A stretch of DNA of 54,213 nucleotides, the filler included, from Dimargaris cristalligena (Eukaryota): assembly GCA_003614675.1 (NCBI GenBank). It is 2 parts of 2 records of this genome, joined end to end, with 100 filler letters (N's around TTAATTAATTAA, not from the genome) between each part and the next. Parts side by side here need not be neighbours in the genome. Positions count along the whole stretch, not along the records: positions 27,164 to 54,213 come from ML002525.1; 1 more part is not named here. One strand, written 5' to 3'. The stretch's first letter is position 1. Each line of letters starts with the position of its first letter. Shown here piece after piece: positions 34,801-48,083 of this stretch. Made by a program: the position numbers and the translations under genes. The notes beneath the pieces are model-generated. The model worked only from the letters and a program-made list of their open reading frames with translations, was not told where the DNA came from and did no database searches.

Positions 34801-35592
34801 CGAAGCCACCCCCGAATGGCTGCTACTCCCAATCAACGCCCTGCGCACACCCCAACTAGTCTGGATGGGATCCGCTACTGTGGGAAACTGGCCCAGCTAT
34901 AATCGAACATACACCGCACGTGGAATTCAGGTCCCCAGGCTCCACACTGGGCCGGTGTCTTCACAGCTGATATAGGGTCAGGATGGTCTGAGACTGTGTG
35001 TCGCAGTACCCAAGACATCTTCGACAGCCAGTTAGCGATCCCCTACTTCACCCACGGTGACCGGCGAAGTAACTCAGTGGACTTACAGATGAGAAATCAA
35101 GGGACAATAGACCGGCGGGAGAGAGAGAGAGGGGAAGGGGGTAGGTGTGGGATGCAGGGCGCGGGTTAGGTCGCCCGGATGCGGCCTCGGGGAGGGGACA
35201 CGGACCCAAAAAGAACAATGCAGGTATACGAAAGAAATGAAATCAATACATTAAGAGCGGAATAGTCAACGACAATATAAAGAGTATATACTTACAGTTG
35301 GGCTGGTGGCCCTGGGGGGGTGGGATAGATACGGAGACCGCCAGGTTGATTGGTTCGGAGAAAGTGGACGGATGGGGTCCGAGTAGGAGAACGGCGGGGG
35401 TGGCAGAATTGACTGGGAACTGACCAGATAGGACTGCAAGGGCGGAAGGGTCGTGCTGGGGGGTAGTCCGGGCGACCGATGGTGGTAGTCGAAGGAGCCG
35501 GCGGTAGTTACAACTGCTGGGCGGGTTATAGCGGTGGCGGGATTTAGAGTGGTACTGACGGCCGGTGGAGGAGGCGTGGGTGGTGGGTCCAT
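31825..35592 (-). CDS. Zn(II)2Cys6 transcription factor (Ert1/Rds2/Gsm1-like cluster), ~808 aa as assembled. Exons 35592-35296 and 33954-31825; the true stop may be 31650
   Basis: ACINCRNSKVACDNDRPCARCIKHNKASTC followed by an AT-hook-like KRRGRP. The upstream Pro-rich exon ends TSPT|GTAAGT (phase 0) and splices in frame to TAG|CGCGAC at 33954. Confidence 0.85.
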
Positions 35593-36718
35593 CTATGTAA
35601 GCAGGGCCCGGTTTAATGGTAAGCGGGAAAAGGGCGGATTCGTATTTATAGATACATTTATATATATACGCACAGGTTATTGCCAGTGCAGGGATAATAC
35701 TTGAGTTAGTCAGATGTTCGGCTAAAATGAGCCAATAGCCCGTTTCAGGGGGAAGGGAGAGGGCTGTGAGGGGGATCAAGAAGTTTGTTAGCGAAAGCCC
35801 CTACGTCCGTCCGTTCAAAATAGGGTATTTTTATAAACAACCTTAAAATGCTGAAGTATAATAATGAGCAAAGAATGGAATGGGTCGGAAAACACCACAC
35901 GGTCGGAAGTGTCCCCCCTCCCCCATTACGCCTCCAATAACCCGCAATTATCTCCCCACCCACCTCCCGATACATCGAATATATCGAGTTAGGTAGGTAG
36001 CCTTCCTGTGACGAACAGCGGAATGGTTCGTCATAAGAAGCATAATGGACAAAAAGCGAATAACATCAACCAACTACGGACTTCACTCGGAGAAACCATT
36101 ATTTTGGAACAGGCTCCCCCGAGAATAGGAAGGTTCTCAAGCTAATGACTAAGGTGGTTTCGGCAACCATCCTCAGTGATCCCCGGTTGTTTTCATCAGG
36201 TGGGCCACGCGGAATGATGGCCACCTAGGTCAAGAGGGGAGAGGGGGGGTGATAAAACTGTGAACGGCGCCGGAACTGCGTCCAGAAGCGGACACCATGG
36301 TCGGCTCACAAGGAGAAAGGCGGAAGAGAAAATGGTCAGAGGACCCCGAATGGATCACCAAAGACCAGCTGACGGGTTGGGAAACATCACCCCCTCTCCC
36401 ACTTGGAGTCATGGTGGTTGAATTAAGAGGGTTCCGGAAAAGGAGACGCTGGAAACAGAGGAGAATGGGAAGGAATGAAGCACACTAATACCAAAGGGCA
36501 GTTTTGCCAGGAGTACGTATTCTCAAAGCGGGGTATTAAATCCATTGAAGAATGGAATGAACTTACCAGTCGAAGGGAATACGGGATGGAGGTGCCTACA
36601 AGGATGAGAATTAACCATTGGGCGTAAACGTGAAGTGGGTCGATGATCAAATAAACCTAAATGAAACGCAATACACCACGAAATGAAGTACAAGGGGCGG
36701 GGAGACGCCAACCCAGCT

Positions 36719-36758
<40 letters not shown>
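36719..36758. repeat. Compound (TA)n(TG)n microsatellite; similar tracts at 38347-38383, (GGGAT)4 at 40066-40085 and (CA)n at 41519-41542
   Basis: Read directly. Confidence 0.9.
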
Positions 36759-36759
<1 letters not shown>

Positions 36760-39700
36760 AAATATATAACCGTGTAATTGAAATCAGTCGATTTAACGTC
36801 ACGAAATCAAGATAATGGATATAGGTGGTATCAGACAAGCGAGAGAAACAAAAAAAAAAGACGAGGATAACCTATGACTTGGTGGTAAAGCAATAAACCG
36901 AGCACTATGCTAAAATAGGTCAACCGTAGCCGGTGGCAGAGAGCCAGGAGTGGAGAAACCTCGCAAACGGGGTCAATAAAAAAGGTGAAAGTTAGTGAAG
37001 GGCGACTTGGATAATGGTGACCGAGCCAATCACGAAAAACTTGGACGTAGCCGGGAGATAAACCGAGGCTCCGGCGAACTACTAGTAATGTCTGTGCGCA
37101 GTGGTTTAAGCTCGAGCTAAAAAGGGGGGCCGGTATTCAAGCCGGTCGTGTTTGCGCTAGTCCGCTACCTGAATATTTGACTTGATGGGTAATCAAATAC
37201 GATATAGGGACGCGGGTTTTATATAAATGGCTGTATAGGTATTAAATTTTTGGATAGTGGCGGCCTGCGGGGATGTGTGAGGCAGGAGGAAGTCGGGTCC
37301 CAAAGAGGTTACTTTCCCCGGTATCTTAATAGCAGATCCACGAACAATCGGGGGCAAAATTTCCCGGACGGAGTGAAGCCAGAGGAGGTTATCGTCAGAT
37401 GTACAAGTTAGGAAATCCAAAGGAAGGGGAAGACAATCATAAACGGGGTCGATTACGCAATTATATAAATCGAAGAAATATATATATATATATGTTGAAA
37501 AAGAAAAGTAGATAATATAAAAATGAGAAGGAAGAGGGGCGAAGAGAACTAATAGTGTACCCAAAGTGAAAGGAGGCCAGAGTCAAAAAAAGAGGGCGGC
37601 GGGTGGATATTTAAGGAGAGGTCGCCTGTTGATGATAAGCCAGGCGAGCGTGAGAGAACTGTACTCGCGCAGGACAAAGAAAGAGAGAGGGAAAGGGGGT
37701 TAGAGGAGGGTGGAAGCCCTAACTAGTATCTTGATGGTGGTGCGGGATGATGCACCATTCGAATCACCAGTAGCGCGGCTGCTGGGCCCCAGAATGCAAG
37801 CGAGACTGGGGATGAAGGACTTGGAAGTCAGTGTTAAATGGAAATTGCACCCAACAAAACAATGATTAGATGGGCTTGACGAGTCAGGCTGTAGGCCACG
37901 ACTATAGTCCCAGGAGCCGGAAAATGAAGCCACTGGACAAATATAATCGGCAAACAGGGCGAGAGGCTAAAAATAGCGACAGCAGCTATATATATATGAG
38001 AAATATTAAAGTGGGTAATAACCGGCCATACAATAGGCCCAGGGGCCTGTTGAGAGAGAGAATTGATAGAGGAAGATGATATTTGGATCACAGTGAGCCA
38101 TTTAAAATGGTTTGTGACACAATGTTCATCAGATAAAAGGAGGCGTGGAGTGCTGAGGAATTCTACACACTGAAATGGAAATAGAGTTTATGATAACCTG
38201 AAAGCTGGTTTGGATATGCCGCCACGGGAATCGCGAATAAATACAGGCTCGGCGATGGTCCCAAACGGACCTAAAGTGGAAAGCAGGGGCTAACAAGGAA
38301 GTCAGGAAATGGAATTGGCGAATGCACGGATGGTGGGCAGTCTATCTATATATATATATATATACGTGTGTGTGTGTGTGTGTTTGTGTATGGCCAGGAT
38401 ACCTAAGGGAAGTAAGTGATGGGGACAGGACCAAAGAGAATACGAAAAAAAGGGAAGACAGGCAAGTCAGTGAATAGGATGAGTGAGAGCAGTGTGTGGT
38501 TACGTGAGTTGGGGCGGAGGTTAGGAAAACCGTTTGATGGTATGGCGACTCCGAGCGTGTGGAATATCAATCAGGGGGGACGAGGGGAGGGGGATTCTAG
38601 TGCAGTCTACCCTCCTGCTTTGCCAAAAAACAAACTATATACACTCCGCTTTGCCCTGTCGAATAGCCCAAGCTGACTAAAAAATGATGGCCAAATCGAT
38701 GCAACAATGGGGCTTCCCAACGCGGAATGATCAATTATCAACCAGTGGGACTTCACCGCACAGTCCGGAGCTGGTGGAGGGGGACGGGGTGTATATGTGT
38801 GGGAGGGGGACGAGGGGCGTCAATCATATCCCGGGTATGCTCGGCTGTGTATGCTTAGGTGGAAAAACAAGACAAAAACAGGAGGAGGGAAGAATAAAGT
38901 GCTAAAGCCTCACTCATCCCCCCTCAGTATTCCATACCCAACTGGCCCAAAATAGCAGCGGGGATCGGCCACATTCCGCCGGTATTTTAAAAAACTATAG
39001 ACTGACCATGCCAGTGACTATGTTTTGGCTAGTCCACCTTCCTCCATACTCTCCCATTCCAAACCAACCCCCCGTCTCCCCACAACAACTTGACCGAAAT
39101 TCTCAATCTGGTCCAGCCCATAAGGGGATAAAAGAGAAAATATGGAAAAATAAACAGAGAAATCGGGCATGGCCACCATACGCACAGGAAGTGCAGCTAG
39201 GACTGCCGCGAGTCGTGGAAAAAATAGGAAGCCACTATTACAGGGATGGATTGCCCTCCACAACATGTGGGTGTAGGGCTGAATAGCAACGGGGGGGGCT
39301 GACCAGAGAGAGAGAGAGAGAGAAAGCGAAAGAGCCAAGCCCAAAAAATGTGGAGAAAAACTGGATAGCGCAGGCGGCCTAAAATTGGAGTATGACCACT
39401 CCATACTACAGATGTATCTAAAATCCATAGACACACGCATCCCCCATTATAAAAATACATATTATATATATAATTGTATGACTAGTTCGGGGCAAATACA
39501 GGCCAAAGTAGGCTTATTGAAGTAAGCAAGGTGGGTCTTACCAATAGTCTGGAACCACAGGTCAGGATGTTGCGGTTTTCCACTGAAAGTACTGTCCGGG
39601 CGGTCTGGAGTACGGGTGGCTAAGTGTAGTGCAACACTAAGGGAGGTAAAAGCAACGAGGATCACTATAAAGTGTGTACTAACAAGGGAGTAGATAGTTG

Positions 39701-42700
39701 TCTAAATGATCGAAGTAGTCAGGCGGGGGCCAGAGGGCGGCGAAGGGGAACAGCAGCGGGTACGATATAAAGCTGGGTAAACCAGTGGATAGAATGACTG
39801 AGCAAGTGGGGACACCACAGAATTAATGATAATACTAGTAAAACGAACAATACACTAATGGCGCTGACAAGCGGTCGGGAAAGGTCACAGGTGGGGCGAG
39901 GACAATGGGAATATAAGAGCCTATATAAACAGTACTAAGCAAACGAACAATACCAACGAAGCAGGACCATGGCAGTGGGACATGGGAGACCTAGTACAGC
40001 TGATTAGCGGGCAGAGCCAGGCGGACGGAACGGTTGGTTTATATAAGCGACAGGCCAGGCGGTATGGGATGGGATGGGATGGGATGAGATGAGGTGGAAG
40101 AGGCACGCTGTACAGGGGGGAGGGATCCGCAGATTGATATTTGGGGTTGGTCAGAGGGGAGTGTGGCGTGGCTTACTGTTCGCTATAACGTGGGCCAGCC
40201 AAAGATGGTGGGGATGCGGAGGGGCCTACAGCTCCTATCCGGTGGTGGGGAATCGACTAAATAAGAAAATAATGCGCTTACATTAGGTACTGGACTACTA
40301 CTAGAGGCCTAAGGGGGGGAAATGAACGGAATAGTGAGTTGGCTGGGTTAAGCTTGATCTTAATGAGTGACAGCGGAACCCGGCAAGTTCCTCCACACAC
40401 ACTACCCTTACTTATATGGACGGTAATGGCTTGGGGGGATATAGTTTCACCATTATGCGAAGAAGAGGCGTACGGTTCATTTCTACCCAATCTAGCAACC
40501 GGTTTATCGCTCGCGGATTTGCCCCCTTTCCCTTATTGCCAATGTCGACCTCCCATCGTCACTTGCCTTTATAGACCGGGTGTTTTCCCTCCTAGACCAT
40601 CCCTACGCTTTATAGATAATCTGTGCGGTAGCAATATATATAAAATGGTATTGGCACTTTCAGATCCTGATTTTGATTCTGTGCCCCGAATCACTGGCCT
40701 CTCCTGCGAAGACCTAGTATCTGAGTCACTGAGGTATGGGATACTAAATTATAAAAGGGGTTACATTGAAATGGGACAGTCACTGAATACATGTCGGGAC
40801 ATTAGTCCTACAAATATACCACCGTAGTTGGACTATATAATACGGGAAACTCGAGGGCAGGAGGTACTATATCCTTACCTCCGACTATACTCGGCTGCCA
40901 AGAACGAATCAGCCAACCTAGACCCATATCTTAGCTGTGGATATACTGCGCCCGGGTCAGGTTAAAAATAAAATCGATCAAGGCCCTGTTTAGGAAGCGG
41001 CTCCCAGGACTCAAAGTTAAAGAATTTGGATCCGCGAATTCAATAAGTGCCTTGATCACATTCATGTTCGGCCGCCCACGTTCCATTCATTCGCGATTGA
41101 CGACAAGTATAAAATTGATATCTCGAGAAATGTTTTGCAGAGCCGCCATTCCAACTGGATATAAAATATACAATGGTACACCCATAAACAGCCTCTAAGC
41201 TCACTGCCATACGCTTCAATATATATATATATATATACACTAAACCTTCACCTTCCAACCAGCGTTCACTTTTGTTCTTCACGCATACAAACCTCCTGTG
41301 CCCAAATAATATAATACAAAAGCAAAACAAAGCCCACAATATGGACTGTGCTGGTATAGATAGACCTGAGGATTATTCATGATATCAAGATACCATTCCC
41401 CACGGTTATAATGCTGCCCCGTCCGTGCAAGAAAATTCTACCAATGTCGAGTGCAAGGTATAAAGGGTGAGTAGCTAACCACCCTCATCCCTACTTTTAT
41501 TGAGAAAGGAAACACGCGCACACACACACACACACACACACAGAGAGATAGAGAGGGAGAGTGGTGGAAACGCGGAAATTCTACTTTGTTAACGAGGCTT
41601 CCCCGTACTCCCAAAGCTAACCTGGCCATTCCTTTTACGAGGACCACCACGGCAGCTACCCAAACCAAAAGGTAATACCCGAAACCTTGCCGCCTGAACC
41701 GGAAGGGGAAGCGAGGCGGTGCTCATCCCCCCAAGTCCGCCCAATTTAGTACGCTTAGGTATGCTCATGTGCGACATGCTCTAAATGCACGACAACAGCA
41801 CTCCACCGCCCCTTCCAAGGGGTGTGTAGAGTGTGGCCCAGGCGATCCTTTTCCCACTTACTACGCGCGACCTCCTTAGTGTGGCGAGCAGACGAGAGAG
41901 AAAGAGGCGGACCAGAATGGAAAGAATTCAATAGAGTGACGTGTGGTATAGGCACTATTACTAAGTTGTGCGCGGGTTCACGCGGACAGTGCTGTCGCAT
42001 CAAATCTTCAGTGCTCGCCTTATATTCTATTTTATTTTTTAGACAAAAGTGACTATAAAACGTATGATTACTAAAATAACTAGTTAGCTTGGGATGACGA
42101 AATGGGGCAACGTCGGATGGATTCCCGCTATTGGAGCGTTGATCCACTTGGTGGAAATAAGGCTGAAGCAGAGCAAGGCCCACGGCTCGTAGTTATTCTT
42201 TCGTCAACGAGCCAACTCCTCGTTTAATAAATGGACCCAATGTAGGGAATTCTAGTCTAGAATGGCCAGCGGGGAGGGGGGCGGACACATCCAACGGGGC
42301 CCGTTTCGTGGGGTGCGGGGGATCACTGAGCTAGGGCGTGGGTTATGGAGGGTTTAGCGAGAGTATCCCCATCCTGCAGGTCGCTGTGCCCAAAATGACC
42401 GTGACCTGGTAGAGCTAAAAATCCCTGTAGCTGCGGGGCCATCCAAACTCAGCCATTGCGGTTCCACACTCATTGTCAAATGGCCTCCCCCTCTGTCTTT
42501 TGTTCCACCTCTCCAATTGAATTGCCCCATTCATCCCCCTGCCCGCCCTCTATGGTTCCCTGCCCCACCACCTTGTATCTCCCACGCACACGTAAAGGTA
42601 CGCTTCCCTCCTAACCCAGGCCTTGCCTCAAAAGTCTGAAATATAACCAGTATCTATAAGGGGAAGTGCGTAGCATCGCTTCAGCGTAGGTCCCATGACG

Positions 42701-45206
42701 AAATATATAAGGGCCAAATAGTACGCAAAAAAAGCAGGGAACGGGACGGCCGAACTTGGGATATTTCAAATCGGCCCTTCGGCTGTTTTCCAAACCGTTA
42801 GGTTCTGTAACATGGTCACTTTTGCCTCGCCCCACCCATTGGCGCATGTGTCAGGTAATACATTAAAGTGCAGATGGGTTCGTCATTAATCAGTCCAGGA
42901 TTATTGGTTTTGCCCATACTAGGTCTTCCCCAGGAGAGAAAGGTGGTGACGGCGGTGGACCTAATGAGAAAGGAGGCGGTAGTGGTGTTGTATGAGAATA
43001 TTGGCTGCATATTATAAATATATACATTTTTAAATTCAAAAAGTGGGACAAAAAATATGACCACACACATACAGCCGAGTGAGTAATCAAATCCGGATAA
43101 TAGGCAATGTTTATGGAATCCTACCGTCTACCTCATAGGTATACAAGCCACGTACCAGGCCCCATTCAGCCCGGCCTGCATGCAAAAGAGAGGCCAGCGA
43201 GTGATACATCCTTCACCCAGGTGCTCACCAAGATGCCCTATAGAATGAATTCGTCCACAGCCTTTACTTTATTTTGCTGCTTGGTATTTACTGGGGGACG
43301 ATTTTTGGGCGCGGTGTGTGAATTGAAGGAAATGGGACGGAGGAGGAGGAGTATGTGAGTGGGTGGTTGCCGCCCAGGACCCTATGGTTAGTGGAAGAAG
43401 GTAATGCCATTCAGGGATGGTCCATCGCTGCCATGATAAATATTATATTTTCCGTATCATTGGAGACGTGATTAGCGGGTATCAAAGGTTAATATTGATT
43501 AACAAAATTAGAATGGTGCGCGCGGGGGGGGGGGTATTCCATAATATATTTTTTGGAGCCTATAGTATTGCATAGCCTAATAAGATGCGCCGGAAAGCTT
43601 GGCCGAGAAGGACTGTAGCGACCAACTGGTCCGTGTCCCTGGTGACGCTTCCCTAAGATGAAAAAGTACGCAGCCGGGAAACCCGGAAACCGACTGTACT
43701 ATATTATATTTTTTTAAAATAAGGCATTCTATTGGTTCTTTCTGAAAAGCCGAAATGGTGAAAATGCCGTCAGGTATCGGCCAATGGCTATTTCCGATTG
43801 AAGGAAGGTGGCTCAAATTAGTGGTGGTGCATCTATTCCGCTAGCTGTGCCAATCCGCAGAACCAGTACTCCGGAGGGCCTGGTGCTCGTGGCCCCTTTA
43901 GGTATTATTATTTGTTCGCGGTCGAAATCACTAGACTAATTACTAGCCACAATTTGGGGGATATGAGTAACCACTATAGCACATACATGCCTCCTGCCCC
44001 CCTCCACCTCCCCATCTCCTAAATCGCTTGCTGTAGTGCTGTCCGAGCCACTCACTGGGAACAGCAATATAGGGATTGTTTAGACGTACAGGAGAGGCCT
44101 CCCCTTCCGCCATATCCCCTGACACAATCGGCGCTGCACGGCATGAGGTCATCCGGCCCAGCAGCCACGCTGTCGGATGATCAGCACCCGGCATAGTCGC
44201 CAATACCGTCTCGTTTAGGCCAATTTGGTGGCGGGTTTGGACCGTGGAATGGGGGGATCGGAATCGAGCTCGTTGGTCATGGTATGTCACCCCTCCCTTC
44301 CACCCCCAACCCGTGAAGCATAGGGAACGTAGTTTATGCCGAACTATGGATGGGGCCGTAGATTAAAAAGACACAGTGTTTACATGCCGTGGAAGAGCCT
44401 GTAATGCAATATATATGAGAAAAGTGGGTGGGGGGAGGATTGGCCATTTTAATTGTTATTATTTCAGGGGAATTCAAAGTTGGTCAATATAAGAGGAACG
44501 GGTTGGCCGGAAATTTAGATTAGGGTGAAAATGAAACGGTTAAGGGTGGCCCATACACCCAAACCGCCGGTCTGACGGGGTTGCGGCATTGCATTGCACG
44601 AATTATCCCCGGATACATCTGTGCTATGTATCGTTGGGGGAGGGGCAATGGGTTGCGGTCCATTAGATTGGGTCCATTCCCATACCCCCCTCGCATACGC
44701 TACCTACCCCCATCCCCATTTATATGTGAGATCAATCCACATTTATAGCCCCTGAGGTAAGTAATCATTTCTACACCAGTGGGGGATCGATGGCCGGGAT
44801 TGCTACATCCCTAACCCTCGCCAGTTTGCTCTATTACTAAGTCGTGGTGTACCGCCATCAACGATATAGCCTATACCCGCATTTAATTCACCCCCTTGAC
44901 CTATTGGTATACGGTTGGGGTATATGATAAGAGGCCGGTTGGCTAGCCACACTACCCACTAGTCCACTTGTTGAAATGCTCGATCGGTGGCCGGAGTATA
45001 CTTAGTCCGAAGCACCTGACCACTCCTAACACCACCTATTTTCTTCCATCCCCTATCCATCCCAAAAGTTGCGCTGACACTGATCCCCCGGATAAGGTGC
45101 TTCCGTCATCAGACATGCCAGAATCCCGAACTTCCATTTAGTCACCTAATGGCCCAATTAACCGGTTGAGTATGCACGGTACGCGTGCTCTGTACTTTAT
45201 TTATAT

Positions 45207-45351
45207 ATATGGGAGAAGTTTATTCAGGCTGTATAATGAAAAATCCATTGGATGAGACCAATATTACTGGTTAAAAGCTATTCTCACATATATTCACCCA
45301 TACATATATTATGTACAACCTTATACAGCTGGTTTGAATTTCACCCATATG
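45207..45351 (+). mobile_element. 145-bp MITE-like element, copy 1
   Basis: Imperfect ~30-bp terminal inverted repeats (ATATGGGAGAAGTTTATTCAGGCTGTATAA versus TTATACAGCTGGTTTGAATTTCACCCATAT). About 91% identical (13 mismatches by eye) to the reverse complement of 47938-48083. Confidence 0.75.
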
Positions 45352-47937
45352 ATAGACAGATGTTAACATGTCCTTGGGGATTAATCACTCTTTCGCATCC
45401 CATGGGGCATTGAATGGAGGGGGGGGGCACTACAAAATAGGCGCCAGCCATCCTTTCCTACCCATAGCAATCACTCCAGGTTCAGGTTGATCTATGGGGC
45501 CGAACTGGGGCTTGGTAAACACCACAATGCGGTATCGTTGATTATATGGAAGGCTGATATTGGCCTACCCCCCAGCCTCCCAAATCAATCTCCCCACTGG
45601 CATAAGCCGGTGCGACAGAACCCATCGTGAATATAACCGCTTTCGTAGCGCTAGTATCTTAGAGGGATTAGGGTAGAGCTAGTGACTGGCTGGGACCAAG
45701 TGGGGGGTGGGTGGGGAGATTGCCTACGTGATCAGCCTTCTAAACGACATTCTACAAGCCAGCGGGGGCTGATCCAACGGGGGGTTTAGGCCCATTCTTT
45801 TCGCACGATCACACTGAAAACGACACGTTTTAAAAAAATATGGGGCCGCCTCATTCGGAGCACTTCCATGTGGTTTATATAAAAAAAATGATCTCCATCT
45901 CTAGTCCCAACCCTTTCCCGTGTGGAGCAGCTAATTGGAGCCATTGTCACATTCCCCGACACTCTCCAATACATTCGTCCACAGCCACTCCGAAGGAATA
46001 GACCCATCCACACTGGTGAGACCAACCAAGCCAAAACGTAAATATACCGTTTTGGGGCAACGGGTTTCTCGTATATCTACTTTTAATCAACGGTGGTTTA
46101 CTACCAATGGTTTTGTTTACCTACAGTGTCCTAAATTGGATGGATGTGATCATACGACGGGAAAACATTTTTTTTTGTGTAAAGTGGGAGTTCATTCCAC
46201 CCAAACCCTTCGCCTTTCCCAACTGAATAGCATTGCGGTCATCCAAAAAATAAGCGCTTAGAGACGAGGAATAGTGGCAATGGCAAAGGAAGTATCCTGT
46301 CCATAGCAATGAGCAATTGGGGTATGTTCTCCAGTCAAATTACAATCAATTATCTACATTGAGCAATAAGATTGTAGCTTGTAGGTAGTTCCTTCGGTGC
46401 AGATATTTGAATGGGCGAGCGTTCCGCCGAGGAATTGCTGGATTGTATATATTATTATCTTTTGGCATCTCAACGATGGTCGCTTTTTCCCGTTCGGATT
46501 AGCCAAAATGCAAATCACCCATCGTACTCCGCTATTCCGCTATTACGCTAGTTTATATTTTCATTTTTACGACAATATTCACTTAAACACTACACTGATC
46601 ACACTGAGTGAGACGACAAGGGCAAGTATACGTCGTTACTGAAGACGTTTAGGTAGACGGGAATTACCGGGCCTAATCACTCGGGAAAGAACTGGGGCCA
46701 CGCCCTGCTTGAGATGTGCCCATTGAACTCTATTAATTAGTCCCAAATACGCATTACATGATCTTTCAGTCCATCCGGTGACTACTACATTGTGTATAAT
46801 ACGCGGCTGACTACCTCGTCGCAGCGTCACGATTTACGCTGGACTTTAGGTTAGATATATATGAAAATGGGACAATCTCAGGAGCACCCGATTGTCCCTC
46901 CACCAAAAATGACTGAGTGATAGGTACCAAAATGGTAAAATACCTCCTTGCTACCCTCCTTCACACACACATGTATATATATATATTACACTTCTAGCTG
47001 CCTTACCTAAGGCGGTTGACAGCCCCACCCATCCGCTTCACTATCCGCCAGCAGGTCTATCCAGCGATCATTTCTAATTCTAACGAGCATCATTTAATGT
47101 CAATATTTAGCACCTCTATCTATTTAGAATTGGTACATGTATTCCTCTTTTGTAAGTTTACAGAAAACTCTATGGATCCCTAGTGATCGGCTAGTGTACC
47201 CCCTAGTAATGATCCGTGATACATAGGGGAGACATTCGTCGTTTAAGCTACCTGTCTCCTCGAGTGGGTTGGACCAATACCATCCGCAAACTGCTGAAGT
47301 AAATGGGGGCCCTCTTTCCTTATTACCAGCTTATTTTTCAATTATAGGTATTCAGCAGGCGGAATCCGGGGGCAAGAGGGGAAAGGGCAAACCTCTGGGT
47401 ATCCCTACGCCTGAAAGGTATAAACTGTACCCTCCCCAACCCTAGCCCTCGGAGAGCGGAAGTGGGGTAGGGTGATGTACTGCATTCTGGAGGTTCAGGA
47501 CCGGACTGGGCATGGATATCAAGGGTGCCCTGAAGTGGCCAACCAAAAGGCTAGACAGCGGCCAAAGGTTATGGCCCATGTCAAAGAGGGAGTGGGGCAC
47601 TGGAAGAGGGGAAAATCCACCAAACCAGGGGCGCTGGAGGCGGGGGGATTCGGTTCGTTTACCCCTGTAGCGGATTACTTTTGATGGCCGATCAGGTTTC
47701 GCTGCCATATTCATTCAATCGACTATATCCGGACCGATCGACCCCTAATGTCACCTGAAAGCACTACTCTGGATTATCACATCAATTTTATTTCAAAATA
47801 AATTATATAATAACCCATCCATGACCATGGCGCTCCCCCTCCCATTCCACTGTTATTGTCATCCATGAACGGTTCTCGGTAACCACAGCACTGACTGCCC
47901 ATGGCAAGGAGAGATGGTCTGGGGTGTCATTCTGACC

Positions 47938-48083
47938 CATATGGATGAAATTCAAACTAGCTGTATAAGGTTTTATATAATACGTGTATGGGCGAATATA
48001 TGTGAGAATAGCTTTTAACCAGTAATATTTACCTCATCCAATGGATGTTTCGTTATACAGCCTGAATGAACTTCTCCCATATG
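47938..48083 (-). mobile_element. 145-bp MITE-like element, copy 2 (inverted relative to copy 1)
   Basis: Its reverse complement aligns without gaps to 45207-45351. Bounded by CATATG at both ends. Confidence 0.75.

Noticed and set aside
37089..37150. tRNA/SINE-like A box (GCGCAGTGG) and B-box-like TTCAAGCC hairpin
   Set aside because: No acceptor or anticodon stem, and the T-loop is non-canonical (8 nt).
40339..40827. 162-aa ORF in the gene-poor interval
   Set aside because: TTG start, no motif and no supporting splice structure.
44808..44820. CCCTAACCCT as a telomerase template or telomeric seed
   Set aside because: A single short match, expected by chance, with no supporting structure.
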